The notes under the pieces are model-generated. The model had not been told where the DNA came from, ran no database searches, and saw only the letters and a program-made list of their open reading frames with translations. A program made the position numbers and the translations under genes. Positions 13,203 through 28,287 of a stretch of 64,000 bases of DNA are shown one piece after another. Position 1 is the first letter of the stretch; every line of letters starts with the position of its first letter. Where the stretch lies: positions 55,056,001 through 55,120,000 of the forward strand of contig OX597823.1 in NCBI GenBank assembly GCA_951406725.2, written 5' to 3'. The DNA is from Octopus vulgaris (lineage: Eukaryota).

Positions 13203-13929
13203 GTATATATATATATATGTATGTATATATATAAATATATATATATATACATATATACATATATATATATATAAACACACATATATATATATATAAACAC
13301 ACATATACATACATATATACATACATGCATACATATATATACGTATACACATATATACGTATGTGTGTGTGTGCTTGTGTTATATAAGTTTATACATACA
13401 CACGTACATACGTATATCTGCGTAGGCATATGTGGAAAGAGAGAGGGAAAGGGGGAAAGATATGATGCGCTTGTGCGCGCGAGTGTGTGAGTATATACTA
13501 TTGTCAAGTTTACGACCATCTGCGACCTCCACGTCTTCAGTGATATGTGACAGAGGTCACCTGTGTGCTGTCTTTTACTATGCTGATATAAATCAATTAT
13601 ATATTGCTTACTGTACACCAGCAGCAACAGCAGCAGGTGCAGCAGTGCCGCTGCTGTCGCCGTTAGTATCACCACGAGTACGAGCACCACCACTGTCACT
13701 ATAAGCAGGATCAGAAATAGATGCAAAAATAACAACAAGGAATGAATCAGAAATAGATCTGCAGTAAAATTAACGACAGTGAGAACATCAGCAGCAGCCG
13801 AAGCAACAGCAGCCGAAGCAGCAGCAGCAGCAGCAACAACAACAACAACAGCAACAACAACAACAACAACAACAGCAACAACAACAACAACAACTGCTGA
13901 AGCAATCACTGCAACAGAATAATATTGAT

Positions 13930-14547
13930 TTAACATAGGCACAGGTCCCGAAATCTGGACGGATGTAAAGTCGATTGTAATGTCCCCGTTCTTTGATTTG
14001 TAATTTATTTTATCGATCATGGAAGGCTGAAAGGCAAAACTGACCTCAGCCAACGAGCGAACCTATAACGCGATCGATCAATCTGCATACTTGAAGTAAC
14101 AAATTCCCCTCCAGTTTACATCCAACTATCGAACGGACACATTAGATGATATAGTCCAAGATATGCCATGCCTGAATCAATAAACTATGATATATTTCTT
14201 TATTGCCCACAAGGGGCTAAACATAGAGGGGACAAACAAGGAGAGACAAAGGGATTAAGTCGATTACATCGACCTCAGTGCGTAACTGGTACTTTATTTA
14301 TCGACCCCGAAAGGATGAAAGGCAAAGTCGACCTCGGCGGAATTTGAACTCAGAACGTAATGACGGACGAAATACCTATTTCTTTACTACCCAGAAGGGG
14401 CTATGCACAGAGAGGACAAACAAGGGCAGACAAACGGATTAAGTCGATTAATATCGATCCCAGTGCGTAACTGGTATTAATTTAATCGACCCCGAAAGGA
14501 TGAAAGGCAAAGTCGACCTCGGCGGAATTTGAACTCAGAACATAACA
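13930..14547 (-). mobile_element. Cluster / tandem dimer of Nin-domain-like SINEs
   Basis: Two tandem copies of about 185 bp (14192-14375, 14376-14547) plus a diverged copy at 13930-14050. Confidence 0.8.
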
Positions 14548-14876
14548 TTATAAACAAGATATCATAGGAATAGTAGACACATAGCAGCACCCGGTTCGAT
14601 ATCATCGCTTGGCTCTTTTAACTCTTGCAAACGTTCAGATCAAGCTCCCACCAATAAAGTGCGTTATCATGATGTTACGCTACTTCGAAACCTTCTACAT
14701 TTCAGTAAAGAGAAAAATATACTAAATCTACCTGGTCAGTTCTTATAGCTCTGATGTTCTTATTCACGAATCAACCTAAAGAGCGTCGATACACAACCTC
14801 CTGCTAACAGGAACATCTCGCAAATCTCTCATCTCTCATCTATAGCTCATCTCAAAACACCTGCTTTAGTCTGGAA

Positions 14877-15112
14877 CAGTGGTTCACAACAGGGGCTCAT
14901 ATGACCCTTGATGGGGTCCTAATAAGATTTTGTTGTTAAAACTTATCTGCATTAAATTGATTAAATTTCGGCAATACACAAAATATTTTAACTAATTTTT
15001 TTTTATACAATTCCTAATAATACTTAATTCTAGAGATATGATAGGATTGACTATTTAGGGTCCAATCGAGTGAAATAGGGATTAAAGGGCAAACAATAGT
15101 TGAGAACCCATG
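14877..15112. mobile_element. hAT (Charlie-like) MITE
   Basis: TIRs CAGTGGTTCACAAC / GTTGAGAACCCATG; 8-bp flanks gtctggaa / ctctagaa (6/8 match). Confidence 0.65.
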
Positions 15113-15221
15113 CTCTAGAAGGTGCGAATACTTAAGTTCCGTTTTGCCTCCCATTCACAACTCTGATCTCGATATCCAGAACAACGACCCATAGATGCTC
15201 GCAGTATCTACCTCTCTAAAT

Positions 15222-15383
15222 GTGGAGGCACGTGGCTTAGTGGTTAGGGTGTTGGACTCCTGATCGTAAGATTGTAGTTTCGATTCCTGGATCGGGCGAA
15301 GCATTGTGTTCTTGAGCAAAACATTTCACTTCACGTTGCTCCATTCCTCTTAGCTGGCGAAAATGAGTAAGCCTGCGACGGAC
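15222..15383 (+). mobile_element. tRNA-derived SINE (head type B), 5' part
   Basis: gtggaggcacgtggcttagtggttaggg (A box) and gtttcgattcc (B box). Confidence 0.8.
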
Positions 15384-15384
15384 C

Positions 15385-16028
15385 ACTCATTTTTGCCAGC
15401 TGAGTGGACTGGAGCAACATGAAATGAAGTGTTTTGCTCAAGAACACAATTCGTCGCCCGGGCCAGGAATCGAAACCACAATCTTACGATCATGATGCTG
15501 ATACCCTAACCACTAGGCCACGCGCCTCTACGTGCGCCCTCTTAAAGCCTAGTCAGGCTCATGGACTCGGTTTCCCGGTTTCAATGGCGTATGTGTTCCC
15601 AGAGGGACGGGACACCAGTCCATCGCAGCGTAACTTATTTTTGCCAGCTGAGTGGACTGGAGCAACGTGAAATGAAGTGTTTTGCTTAAGAATACAACGC
15701 GTCGCCCAATCCAGGAATCGAAACCACAATCTTACGATCCTGATCCTGATACCCTAACCACTAAACCACGCGCCTCCACGTGCGCCATTTTAAAGCCTAG
15801 CCAGGCTCATAGACCCGGTTTCCCGGTTTCAATGGCGTATGTGCTCCCAGATGGACGGGACGCCAGTCCATCGCAGCGTTACTTATTTTTGCCAGCTGAG
15901 TGAACTGGAGCAACGTGAAATGAAGTGTTTTGCTCAAGAAAACAACGCGTCACCCGATCCAGGAATCGAAACCACAATCTTACGATTAGGATGTTGACAC
16001 CCTAACCACTAAGCCGCACGCCTCCACA
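15385..16028 (-). mobile_element. Tandem array of about 2.6 copies of a 248-bp tRNA-derived SINE
   Basis: tttgccagctgagtg recurs at about 15392, 15640 and 15888 (period 248). Confidence 0.85.
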
Positions 16029-16384
16029 TATAAAGAAGATAGTTGCTACAATGATTCCAGGTAACACGTCATTCGGGTTAACTCCCTTTACCGAGACAAT
16101 TTAACTTCGCCAGGATATACGAGACGTGAAATAGTTTCGGACGAATCATTGATTCACAGATTGCAAATACATACACATAAACAATTGGCCTAATAAACCA
16201 AATAAAACGAAATTACATTAAACGAATTCAAACGTTAAATACAAATACATAAAAACGTGGTTCAACATCTCCAGATTTTACGTTGTTGCTTTAAACCAAA
16301 TAAATGATTATTGAACTTGATACATACATACATACATATATACATACATACATACATACATACATACATACATACATACATACA

Positions 16385-16815
<431 letters not shown>

Positions 16816-16821
16816 TATGAA

Positions 16822-17563
16822 TGTATGTCATTATTCAGTTTATTTTTAAGATTTCTTGCCAATAGAGGAAGATCCGGTTTCTAACCTAGATCTAAGGCTC
16901 CTTCATTGGAATCTCAACATCAACAACATGTATGTATGTAAGTATGTATGTATGTATGTATTTATGTATGTATGTATTTATGTATGTATGTATGTATGTA
17001 TGTATGTATGTATGTATGTATGTATGTATGTATGTATGTATGTATGTATGTATGCATGTGTGTATGTATGTGCAGATTTGTATGTTGTATGTATTTATTC
17101 TCATGCATATAGTTGCATATATAAGCTTGTTCATATATATCCAAATTATAAACTTCTGGAAAGTTTTACACATTTTTACAGTTTCAGTGATGGATTGCAT
17201 CTGTAGTCTTCGAATTAGCTTTCTCCCTTCTGATTTTGAGAAACCTAATTTTTCAAGATTGGTATTTAGGTAGTGTTACATATCCCAGGGCCCCAACAAT
17301 TATAGCTATAAACCTGAACTTGTAATCTGGATAGAGTAACTGCAGATTTCTCAATAGTTCAGAATAGGTATTCTCTTTTTCACTGATTTTCACCTTTATG
17401 TTAACAACCGCTGGGCAGCTAATTTCCACAACTGTTCACAGTTTCTCTTCTCTATCCCAAATCATTGTATTAGGTCTGTAGTGCTTACATTTTATTGAGG
17501 TCTTCACTGGTACATTCCACCAGTACTCCTTTGTATTATGAGTGGCTATGGCTTCTACCATAC
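16822..17563 (-). mobile_element. R4/Dong-like non-LTR retrotransposon 3' fragment (restriction-like endonuclease plus 3'UTR) embedded in (TACA)n
   Basis: EYWWNVPVKTSIKCKHYRPNTMIWDREEKL*TVVEISCP...KENTY is a degenerate RLE PD-(D/E)xK region; its 3'UTR matches 33485-33700. Confidence 0.75.
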
Positions 17564-17862
17564 TATGTATGTATGTATGTATGTATGTATGTATGTATGT
17601 ATGTATGTATGTATGTATGTATGTATGTGTGAGTGTATGCATGCCCTTAGTTTGACTGGCAGTGAGGTTCTGGTTCGGGATTTTCAAGGATTTGAGGAGT
17701 TTGGAACCCCCATTGTTTCCAGATCTAATCTGACCCAGAGTACTAGCAGCTGTGAATTGCATACTATAATTTAAATGCTCGGATCAGCGACACCAGACAT
17801 TCGTTGTACAGATGGTCATTATTTGAAGCAGCTGATGGAAAGTGTAACATAAAAACAATAGT

Positions 17863-17915
<53 letters not shown>

Positions 17916-18070
17916 CACATAGATGATTGTTTTTATGTACAGATTTTATAAAAAAACAATTTTACATTAATCTGATGATTATATAAAGACAGAATTAACT
18001 TTGCAATCCAACGATGGCTTAACTGGCCCAAACTTTGAAGTCACTGTCAATAATATTCTTGTTTAAGAAT

Positions 18071-18106
<36 letters not shown>

Positions 18107-18317
18107 GTAAGTATATACGTAAGCAGTAAATGAGTCAATAATTTTATTACAAGTGCATATTCCATAGCTGCTAAATACCGTTGTAGACAATCTCCGTCTG
18201 CTTACTCTTTCTTTCTTTCTTTCTTTCTTTGTCTGTCCTTCTCTCTCCGTCTCTGACTTTTCCCCTGTCTATCAGTCTGCTTTCCTGCCTGCCTGTCTGT
18301 CTGTCTGTCTCTCTCTC

Positions 18318-18353
<36 letters not shown>

Positions 18354-18380
18354 TATGTAGATGAGAAACAATGTGTGTGC

Positions 18381-18461
<81 letters not shown>

Positions 18462-19654
18462 CATGCACATATGCATGCACACATACATTCATACATACAT
18501 ACATACACACATACGGTATATATAAAACGTTATATATCAAGCTGTTATAAATAGCAGCTGTGAATTGTGCACTTCAAATTAAATGCTCGGATCAGCGACA
18601 CCAGACATTTCGTTGCACAGAGGAAGGTCAATGATTGAAGCAGCTGGTGCAGAGTGAATTTAAAGTTTTAAATTGTTATGTAACACGTTTACAATTTCAA
18701 TAGCTAACTTGCGAATGAATTAAAAGGTTATTTGAGAAAGAGTGGAAATAAGCCGCTCAAATGGAGATCGAAGAAACCACATTAGTCATGAATAGGGTAT
18801 GTATATGTACCTACATTGCTTCCGTTTCTTCATAACAATGCTATTATTAGAGCTACAGTTGCCGTCTCTCGGCCGTCCACCTTATGCTTTTATCTGAATT
18901 TCGTTATGGTTTTCATGATTATGTTAACATTTCCTACAAGAAGTCCAGTTCTTAACCTCGGTAGGCAGCTGCAACGAACGGTCTGCAATCTCTGGTGAAT
19001 ATTTAATGAATAAAGGGACAAAACGGTTCTTGCTTTCCCACCCTTTCACTCTTCTAGCTGGTGAAAGAAAAGCTCACGGGTTATCCACGAAAACGTGAAT
19101 GCATACATACATACATACATACATACATACATACATACATACGTACGTACGTACATACATACGTACATACATATCTACCCACATACATACATATATACAT
19201 GCATACATACATACATACATACATACATACATACATACATACATACATACATACATACGTACATACATATATACATATGTGAAATGTGAATACATACATA
19301 AATGCATACATGCATACATACATATATATACATACATACATACATATCTACATACATACATACATACATACATACATACATACATACATACATACATACA
19401 TACATACATACATGATGGTTGCCAACTCGATTTCGAGTAGAGCCATTGCCTGATTTCTTTATGCCCTAGAATATCATCGATGAGCTGCACGAATATGTCT
19501 TTTGAGGCCTGCCAAAGACTTGCATGCTTTTTGACAATTAGTTTAAGAAAACTTGGTGATTATATAGTTTACAGCTCCATCAACTTTATTATGCTTTTTC
19601 AAGCCGCTTTTTGATCTGCATACTTTATGACAGAGTATGCATTTGAAATCATCT

Positions 19655-20495
19655 GTCCATCAATAATCAATGTAGGGTTGTGCAAAGTGTAATTTCATCT
19701 GGCTCTTTAGCCCAGCCTTACTAAGACAAATCTTTCCACATTCATCACATGTAAGATCATCACGTTCATTAATGCTTGTTAAAACACCATTCCTGTCACA
19801 TTTTCTCATCTTTCTTTTGATCTTTGCACGCTCCACTCTCTTCCTTTCAAATTCATTTTTACCTTCATCATACACAACATTTTTCCATTTTTCTCGGCAA
19901 TGCGCTAAATCTTCCCAGTTGTCAATTGGAACGCTTATCTTTATTCAATCCCGACTTCAGACAATCTTTGTACCTCATCTTCGGTTTATTGGACGGACGC
20001 TTACCTGTCACCAATTCTCCGTAAAATAGTTGTTTAGGCATTCTGTTGTCTATCATTCTGTCTAAGTGTCCACTCCATCTCAATCTGTACTGAAAGAGGG
20101 AAATGTATCATTTCCCAGCTGATCCTCAAAATCCTTCTGAAACATTGTTGATGAAAACTTTCCATAAGTTTTAAGCGCTTACGATACACAGTCCAGCTTT
20201 CGCAAGCAAATAATAAAGAAGTTAAGATATGTGTATTATATACCTTAATCTTTGTCGCAGTGGAAGTACCATGTCTAGACCATAGGCGGTCTTCCAGTTT
20301 GCCAGAAGCAAAACTGGCTTTCTGAATGCATAGTGACACTTCATCGAGATTCGCTGATGTGTTTTGTGTGCTCCCTAAGTAAACAAACTTAGAAACCACA
20401 GCAAATTTTCTGCCATACACCAAAATACCAGGTTCTATGTGTGGTATTCCTGGTGTTGGCTGAAACATGACAACAGTTTTGATTAGATTTATGGT
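19655..20495 (-). mobile_element. RTE (BovB-like) LINE ORF2 C-terminal fragment, frameshifted
   Basis: FVYLGS...IQKASFASGKLEDRLW...TKIKVY...LLFACESWTVY...FHQQCFRRILRISW, then the C2H2-like CDECGKICLSKAGLKSQMKLH. Confidence 0.85.
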
Positions 20496-20521
20496 TAACC
20501 AATTGCCTCACATGCCATATA

Positions 20522-20551
<30 letters not shown>

Positions 20552-20553
<2 letters not shown>

Positions 20554-20708
20554 CGACAGGCTTCTTTCAATTTCTGTCTGCCAATTCCACTCACCAGTCT
20601 TTGGTCGATCCGGGACTATAGTTGAAGACTCTTGTCCAAACTTGCCGCACAGCGGAACTAATCCTAAGAGCATATGGCTGGGAAGCAAGCTTCTCGACCA
20701 CACAGCCA
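20552..20708 (-). mobile_element. CORE-like tRNA SINE, 5' half
   Basis: Matches the reverse complement of 49443-49600. Confidence 0.7.
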
Positions 20709-21067
20709 ATGCGTGTATATAGACATAAATTGCTTATATAAACACAGACACAGATTTATATATATATATAAATATACATACATGTAGTGTATGTAGATAT
20801 AAATATACAAATGTTCAGCACAAACATTTGATCACTATAAACAAATAAGTGCTGTGCAATAAAGCCACAGCATGTCACATCAATTAGTTATTGATCTACA
20901 AGTATCAGCCTGAACGTGTATTTCGCTAACATCGTGTTTTGTCGCAAGTTGAACAATATAAGATTCGGAAGAACAACGTGTTTATATCGAAATATATCTT
21001 AATCTCCTTCTGTCACTCACTCTTTCGATGTATATGTATATATATACATACATACATACATACATAG

Positions 21068-21135
<68 letters not shown>

Positions 21136-22110
21136 GCATGTATGTATATGATATATATTCTCATCTAAAACGGAGGCGAATATCAAAGCCGCAAGTTGAT
21201 GGTTTGAAGAATTGTGGAGAGCTTTTCCACATGAAGCCATTGGAGGCTTTATTGATCCACAAACGAAGAATATTTATCCATCAATAGAGTAGTGGGCATT
21301 CATTCTCACTATTCGATACTAGTGTGTTTTATATGTATGTATGTAGGTCTGTCTGTCTGTCTGTCTGTCTGTATGTATGTATGTATGTATGAGAGTATAT
21401 TTGTATGTATGTATGTACGTATGAGTCTATGTATGTATGTATGTATGTATGTATGTATGTGTATGTATGTATGTATGTATGTATGTATGTATGTATGTAT
21501 GTATGTATGTATGTATGTATGTATGTATGTATATCTATCTGTGTATGTATATATGTATGCATGCATGTAAATACCTATATCTATGTGTGTGTGTATACAT
21601 ATATATTTTATATAGTAGAAGTTATGATAGACACAAGTTTATATTTGTTCCTACGGAAGTTTCATCATTTTCGTTGTTTGGAACTCTGCATTGGATATTC
21701 CAAGAACATTGGATGCTCAGCCATAAGGATCATCAGGGAACACTTTAATGCATTATGTTACAGATAACTAATGTCTCTGTAGTACAAGTAATATAATACA
21801 TTAGTTCTCTGTAATATAATGCAGTAACGTATTCCCTGATGATCCGTTGTTGTTATGAATCTAAGTACTATTGGAACACCCAATGCGGAGAGTTCCAAAC
21901 AAACACGATAGTGAAACGTAAATAGGAACTAATAATATAAACTTGTGTTCATCGTAAGTTATCTTACATATTTGCTTTATATATAACCAATAATACTACG
22001 AAATATAATAGTTGCTTAACCTCTATGCTGAAAGCAGACTGGATGATGATGATCTACGTGGAGCTCTAAATTTATCAATAGCAGTCGTACATCTATTTCT
22101 ACACCAGATG

Positions 22111-22205
<95 letters not shown>

Positions 22206-22217
22206 TGTGTGTGTGTA

Positions 22218-22830
22218 TAGTTGGAATTTACAGAAATACAAAATACGAAGACAGGTGTATGAGCAACAACCAGGTGTATTAGTTTGATGCTTGGGACTGT
22301 GAGAAAGTCTTTTGCGTTTCGAGCCTACGCTCTTCAGCAGAAAAGAATAAGAGAAAAAACAGCGTGAGTATATAAAATAACTTGTAGATTTAGAAGAAGA
22401 AAAAGAGAGAAATGCAAAGTTACAACGTACGGAGTATGAAAAAACAAAGTTCAAAAAAGTTCAGACGACGTGGTATATTAGAGCGATGTTTCATCAACGG
22501 AAGAGTCCAGTGAAATCTGTAAGTATATCCAGCGGTAATCCGGGAGGAGTGTTGGTATGTAGATGAGGAGAGGTGCAGAAAGTTCAGGCAGTAGTTGAAA
22601 TGTGTAAATCCAAGGAGCAGGAGGTTAAAGCAGAATAAAACTGGGGTGACCACATGAGCGTATAATATATAGTTGAAATTTTACAGAAAAGCAAAAGACG
22701 AAGACAGGTGCATGAACAAGCAGGTGTATTAGTTTGAGGCTTGGGAAAGTGAGAAAGTCTTTTGCGTTTCGAACCTACGCTCTTCAAAAGAAAGGAATAT
22801 GAGAAAATAAACAGCGAGAGAATAAAATCT
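22218..22830 (-). mobile_element. Two direct copies (about 22218-22370 and 22670-22830) of the hammerhead-bearing element end, in a pLTR-like arrangement
   Basis: gaagacaggtg...gtattagtttga..cttggga..gtgagaaagtcttttgcgtttcga.cctacgctcttca repeats about 450 bp apart; both hammerhead cores are degenerate. Confidence 0.65.
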
Positions 22831-23549
22831 CAAGAAGAGATCAGAGTAGTAACTATACTAAAAAGTAAAGTCAGTCGCCACATCAAAGTGGCTGTCCCAT
22901 ACTACTATTTGTTTAACCTCTGGCATATTCTCTGCCCGCTGGTTATCGGTGCGACTCTGCACTCTTTATATACAATATATATATTGCTAGCAGGGGGAGC
23001 CAACCCCTACCACCATCTATATACACACAGACATATACAAAAGAAAACATCGCTAAAAAACACATTCACACTCACGTACAAACACACCTACACATGCACT
23101 CACACACACATATCCACACATACACACACACAGCTAGTGACCACACACATGCACACTGGTGGAGACACTTAAAAGAATATATCTAACTCAAAGAAAAATC
23201 CTAATTCTTTCTTCAACAAGACATTCTTCATAACACACACACCCATCAACTCACAGCTGGTCACTTTCCAAACATATTAGAAGGACATTCAACACAATAA
23301 ACAGGTGTGTGGGTGTGTGTGTGTGTGTGTGTGTGTGTTTGTGTGTGTGTGTACGACGGGTGTTTTTCAGTTTCCGTCTACTCACACTGATTTGGTCGGC
23401 CCGAGGCTATAGTAGAAGACACTTGCCCAATGTGCCAGGCAGTGCAATTGAACCCGAAACTATGTGGTTGAGAAACAAGCTTCTTACCATGCAGCCACGC
23501 CTGATACAAAGCTATACATATTTCATACGTATATAATATATATATATAT

Positions 23550-23822
23550 TCATCACGGTGTCACGGTACCGAGCAAATTATCGGATATTTGTTATACATA
23601 GCCTGTTACAATGCGCATCATATTGTTTTAGCTTTCGAATGACGCCACCTTGCTGGCCAACATTCTCCCCGATCGCGTGGTTATTTCATTAGAGATTTAC
23701 AGCTGAGAGGACTGGAGCAACTTAACATGGAGTGTTTTGCTCCAGAATGCATCGCCCTGTCCAGGAATCGAGCTCTTAATCTAGTGATCGTGAATACAAG
23801 GCCCTAAATCGCTTGGCCACAC
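23550..23822 (-). mobile_element. Diverged tRNA SINE (head B, tail 2)
   Basis: Similar to the reverse complement of 53912-54195. Confidence 0.55.
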
Positions 23823-24457
23823 GAATATATATATATGCTTATATACAAATTTATGTGGCTATACATAGAGGTACACACACACATATATGGAAAGAAGTGG
23901 TGTATTCCTATATATATATATGTATATATATATTATATATATATTAGCTTTAAACGTTATACTGGCACCTATATCCGATGGCATGTACTTAAACTAAATT
24001 TCTTAGCACAGAGAAATTGCCAATATTTGACAGGATCAGCGAATATATAACCGATAATAACTTCAATGTATCTCATATGAAATATTTCTAAATCACTTTC
24101 ATGAATGTTACTTAGAAGTGTTTCTGGTAATAAAAGTTCCATATGTGACCTACTCTTGTATCCATTTAGCCGTCCTTTGAGCTGTAGTGGATCCTTGATT
24201 GACTTTTTGGATCTTTCTTTGAGCACTAATGTATAACGATATTTACGTAAAGGATTTTATGCTGCTTATTTGAAATAGCGAGGCTATTAGTGGCCATGTC
24301 GATGATATATGGAACTACCACGATTTTAGCTTTTCCACTTCTATCATCAACACTGCGTTGTATCTGTAACCCGAGCTCGTCAAAAACTTGTGTTACAGAT
24401 ACAATGCAGTGATGATAAAACTAAGTTTTCGACAAACTTTTAAAAACAAAAGGATAC

Positions 24458-24492
<35 letters not shown>

Positions 24493-25349
24493 TATGTACA
24501 TAATATATATATATATTCATCACAGTATCAAGGTATCAACCAGATTATCGGATGGTGTTATTCATCGCTTGTCACAATGCACTTCGCATCGTTTTAGCTT
24601 TCGAATGATGCCCCCCCACCGCCGCTGGCTAGGTAAGTTGTTATTGATGTTTCGGTTTTTGTTTTTGTTAGCCCTGATCCAGGCGACCTTAGATTAAGTA
24701 GAACTCAATGGAAAATGCAATCCTAGATACATTTTGTCAAGAATGATTACTGCAAAGAAGTCTTTGTTCATAGATCATGTTGATCAGACCTGAATTTGAG
24801 TTAAAACTCATTTCTTTTAAACGCCGCGTTTATTAAGGAATTGGTATTTGAATTATCATTTGGCTTCTAAATAATATATTGGATTCGAAGAGAGGGCTGT
24901 GCCTTTGGTCTTCGCAGTTACGCCATGCGATCTGTGAGATTGACGCATCTGATGTTCTTCACAAACAGTTATTAGTCAACCGCTTCAGGAAGAAGAAAAA
25001 AATTGTGCATGGTGAAAATTCCAGAGAATCTCATTTCTAGGGAGGAGGAACCAAACATGGGGATTAGTGTGGGGTTTGAAATAGGGGTGAGCTTTAGACA
25101 AAATATCGATACAGAGAAGAAGAAGAAAAATGAAAACAAAACAGTGAGACGAAAGTATCTTAGTAACGGTCATACGAGACCAGATAGCTTTGTTTTGTTA
25201 TTGTGCTTCAATATTACATCAGTCCTGATCAAACAAGCTTATGATCAAAGGTATTCCAATCATGACTCGCCTATCTTTTGTTTTCAGACGAAGTTAGATA
25301 GAAATAGAACCGCATTATCCAAAATGTTCATTCTTTAAAAGTAGGTTGA

Positions 25350-26212
25350 AAGTTGATTTTTTATTTGACGGCTATTTCTAATACACCAAACGACCAACTT
25401 AGAGGCTTCTTTACTTTATCATTGGCTTGCATGTGAATCTGTTGTTAGCTTTAGAAAAGAATCCAAACACTTTTAAAACAAAGCAGGTCGTAATTCGAGG
25501 GTTATTTGGTTGCTATTTCTAACATGTCGAACAACCAGCTTAGAACTCTGCTTAGTCTGTCGTTGGTTCGCATATGACATATGACTCCGTTGTTAACCTT
25601 TGAAAAAGCATCCGAACAATTTTAAAAACAAAGCAGGTCGTAATTCGAGGGTTATTTGGTTGCTATTTCTAACACGTCGAACGACCAGCTTAGAAGCTTG
25701 CTTAGTCCGTCGTTGCTTCGCATATGACATATGACTCCGTTGTTAACCTTTGAAAAAAGCATCCGAACAATTTTAAAAACAAAGCAGGTCGTAATCCGAG
25801 GGTTATTTGGTTGCTATTTCTAACACGTCGAACAACCAACTTAGAACTCTGCTTAGTCCGTCGTTGGTTCGCATATGACATATGACTCCGTTGTTAACCT
25901 TTGAAAAAGCATCCGAACAATTTTAAAAACAAAGCAGGTCGTAATCCGAGGGTTATTTGGTTGCTATTTCTAACACGTCGAACAACCAACTTAGAACTCT
26001 GCTTAGTCCTTCGTTGGTTCGCATATGACATATGACTCCGTTGTTAACCTTTGAAAAAGCATCCGAACAATTTTAAAAACAAAGCAGGTCGTAATTCGAG
26101 GGTTATTTGGTTGCTATTTCTAACACGTCGAACAACCAGCTTAGAAGCTTGCTTAGTCCTTTCTTTGGTTCGAATGTGAATCTGTTGTTAGCTTTTGAAA
26201 AGCATCCGAACA
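25350..26212. repeat. Tandem array, 150-151 bp unit, about 5.5 copies
   Basis: gttatttggttgctatttctaac at 25501, 25651, 25802, 25952 and 26102; a diverged first copy lies near 25365. Confidence 0.95.
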
Positions 26213-26554
26213 CTTGCTGTTGTGGCTTAACTGTCAGATCTAAAAGAATACATTCAATCAATTTCCCGCCTCTTTATATCTTGCTGAGGTCAAAATGGTT
26301 AGCTTTGCTCCAACTAGCTATACTAACAAACAGTAAGTAATCTCCGCGGAAAATCAATATAGCTATTTGATTCGATCAGTTGTTGTAATGTTCCAGCCAG
26401 ACCAATCTCAGATGACACCTTAAATCTCATCTCCTGATTCCTGCAGTCACCTCTACTTTTGTTGATTGCCTTCTATAATAACGCTCTTCGAAACACGTAG
26501 CTTTCATACGGCAGTCTCTGTCGCTGTTTGTCTGTTTCGCTTCTCTCACTCGCT

Positions 26555-27390
<836 letters not shown>

Positions 27391-27619
27391 AGTCAATCTC
27401 TCATCAACTTCTTCAAGTATCACTTGAAGAAAAAAGTGAGAGTTGAGAGGCAAGTTTTGTCTAGTGAATGTTTTAAAAAAAGATGGGTGAATGTAGCAAG
27501 GATGGCACGTATGAATAACGAAGCCACCTTGACTATGATTCTATGAACCGTAAAAATTAATACAGAGAGTTGCTTATTTGCAAAAAAAAAAAAAAAAAAG
27601 AAATATAACATGTGACTTC

Positions 27620-27939
27620 ATTGACCGAGGTTACCGTGGTCTTTTCCGTAGGCTTTTCTTTCCACGGGTAAACCTCACCTGTCCTCCCCTTTACACTTCA
27701 TATTGACTTTTCTGTGATAACGATCCCTATTGATCAATTTTTTTCCTCTCCCCCTTTTTTTTTAACCCCCCCTTTTTTTTGTCTTCTTTCTCTCCTTTTA
27801 CGATCCCTTTTGATCGACCCCCCCTTTTTTTTAAAATTTTTATTTTTATTTTTTTAAATTTTTTTTACCTCCAAAAGAAAAGCTCTACCTTGTAATTTGT
27901 TCTATCTGTGTGCAGCCCTGTGTGGCTAACAAAGAAACA

Positions 27940-27940
<1 letters not shown>
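27620..27940 (+). mobile_element. Probable non-LTR retroelement 3'UTR followed by (TCTA)n
   Basis: The terminus aaaagctctacct...gtgtgcagccctgtgtggctaacaaagaaac recurs at 47735-47792. Confidence 0.5.
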
Positions 27941-28012
<72 letters not shown>

Positions 28013-28251
28013 GTCTGTCTGTCTGTCTATCTATTTCACCCTGAACCTGTATGTCTTTTGGACATTATCTCTTGTCTCTCTCTTACTCTGTATTTCTTTT
28101 TTCTTTCCCTCTATCTGTCTGTTATTCTTTCTTTCTCTCTTGGTGCCTGTCCCCTTGTCTGTTAGTCTTTCTCTTTCTCTGTCTCTCTCTCTCACTCACT
28201 CTATCTATCTATCTGTATGTATGTATATTTGTATGTATGTATGTATGTATG

Positions 28252-28287
<36 letters not shown>

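Noticed and set aside
13169-14053. 294-aa minus-strand ORF
   Set aside because: Made of a SINE remnant, CAG/CAA repeats and TA repeats; no domain.
24343-24417. Short hairpin atcatca..cactgcgttgtatctgtaac / gttacagatacaatgcagtgatgat as a pre-miRNA or hammerhead
   Set aside because: No supportable core or known mature sequence; more likely a MITE remnant.
25350-26212. CRISPR-like array
   Set aside because: Whole 150-bp units repeat with no unique spacers, there are no cas genes, and the context is eukaryotic.
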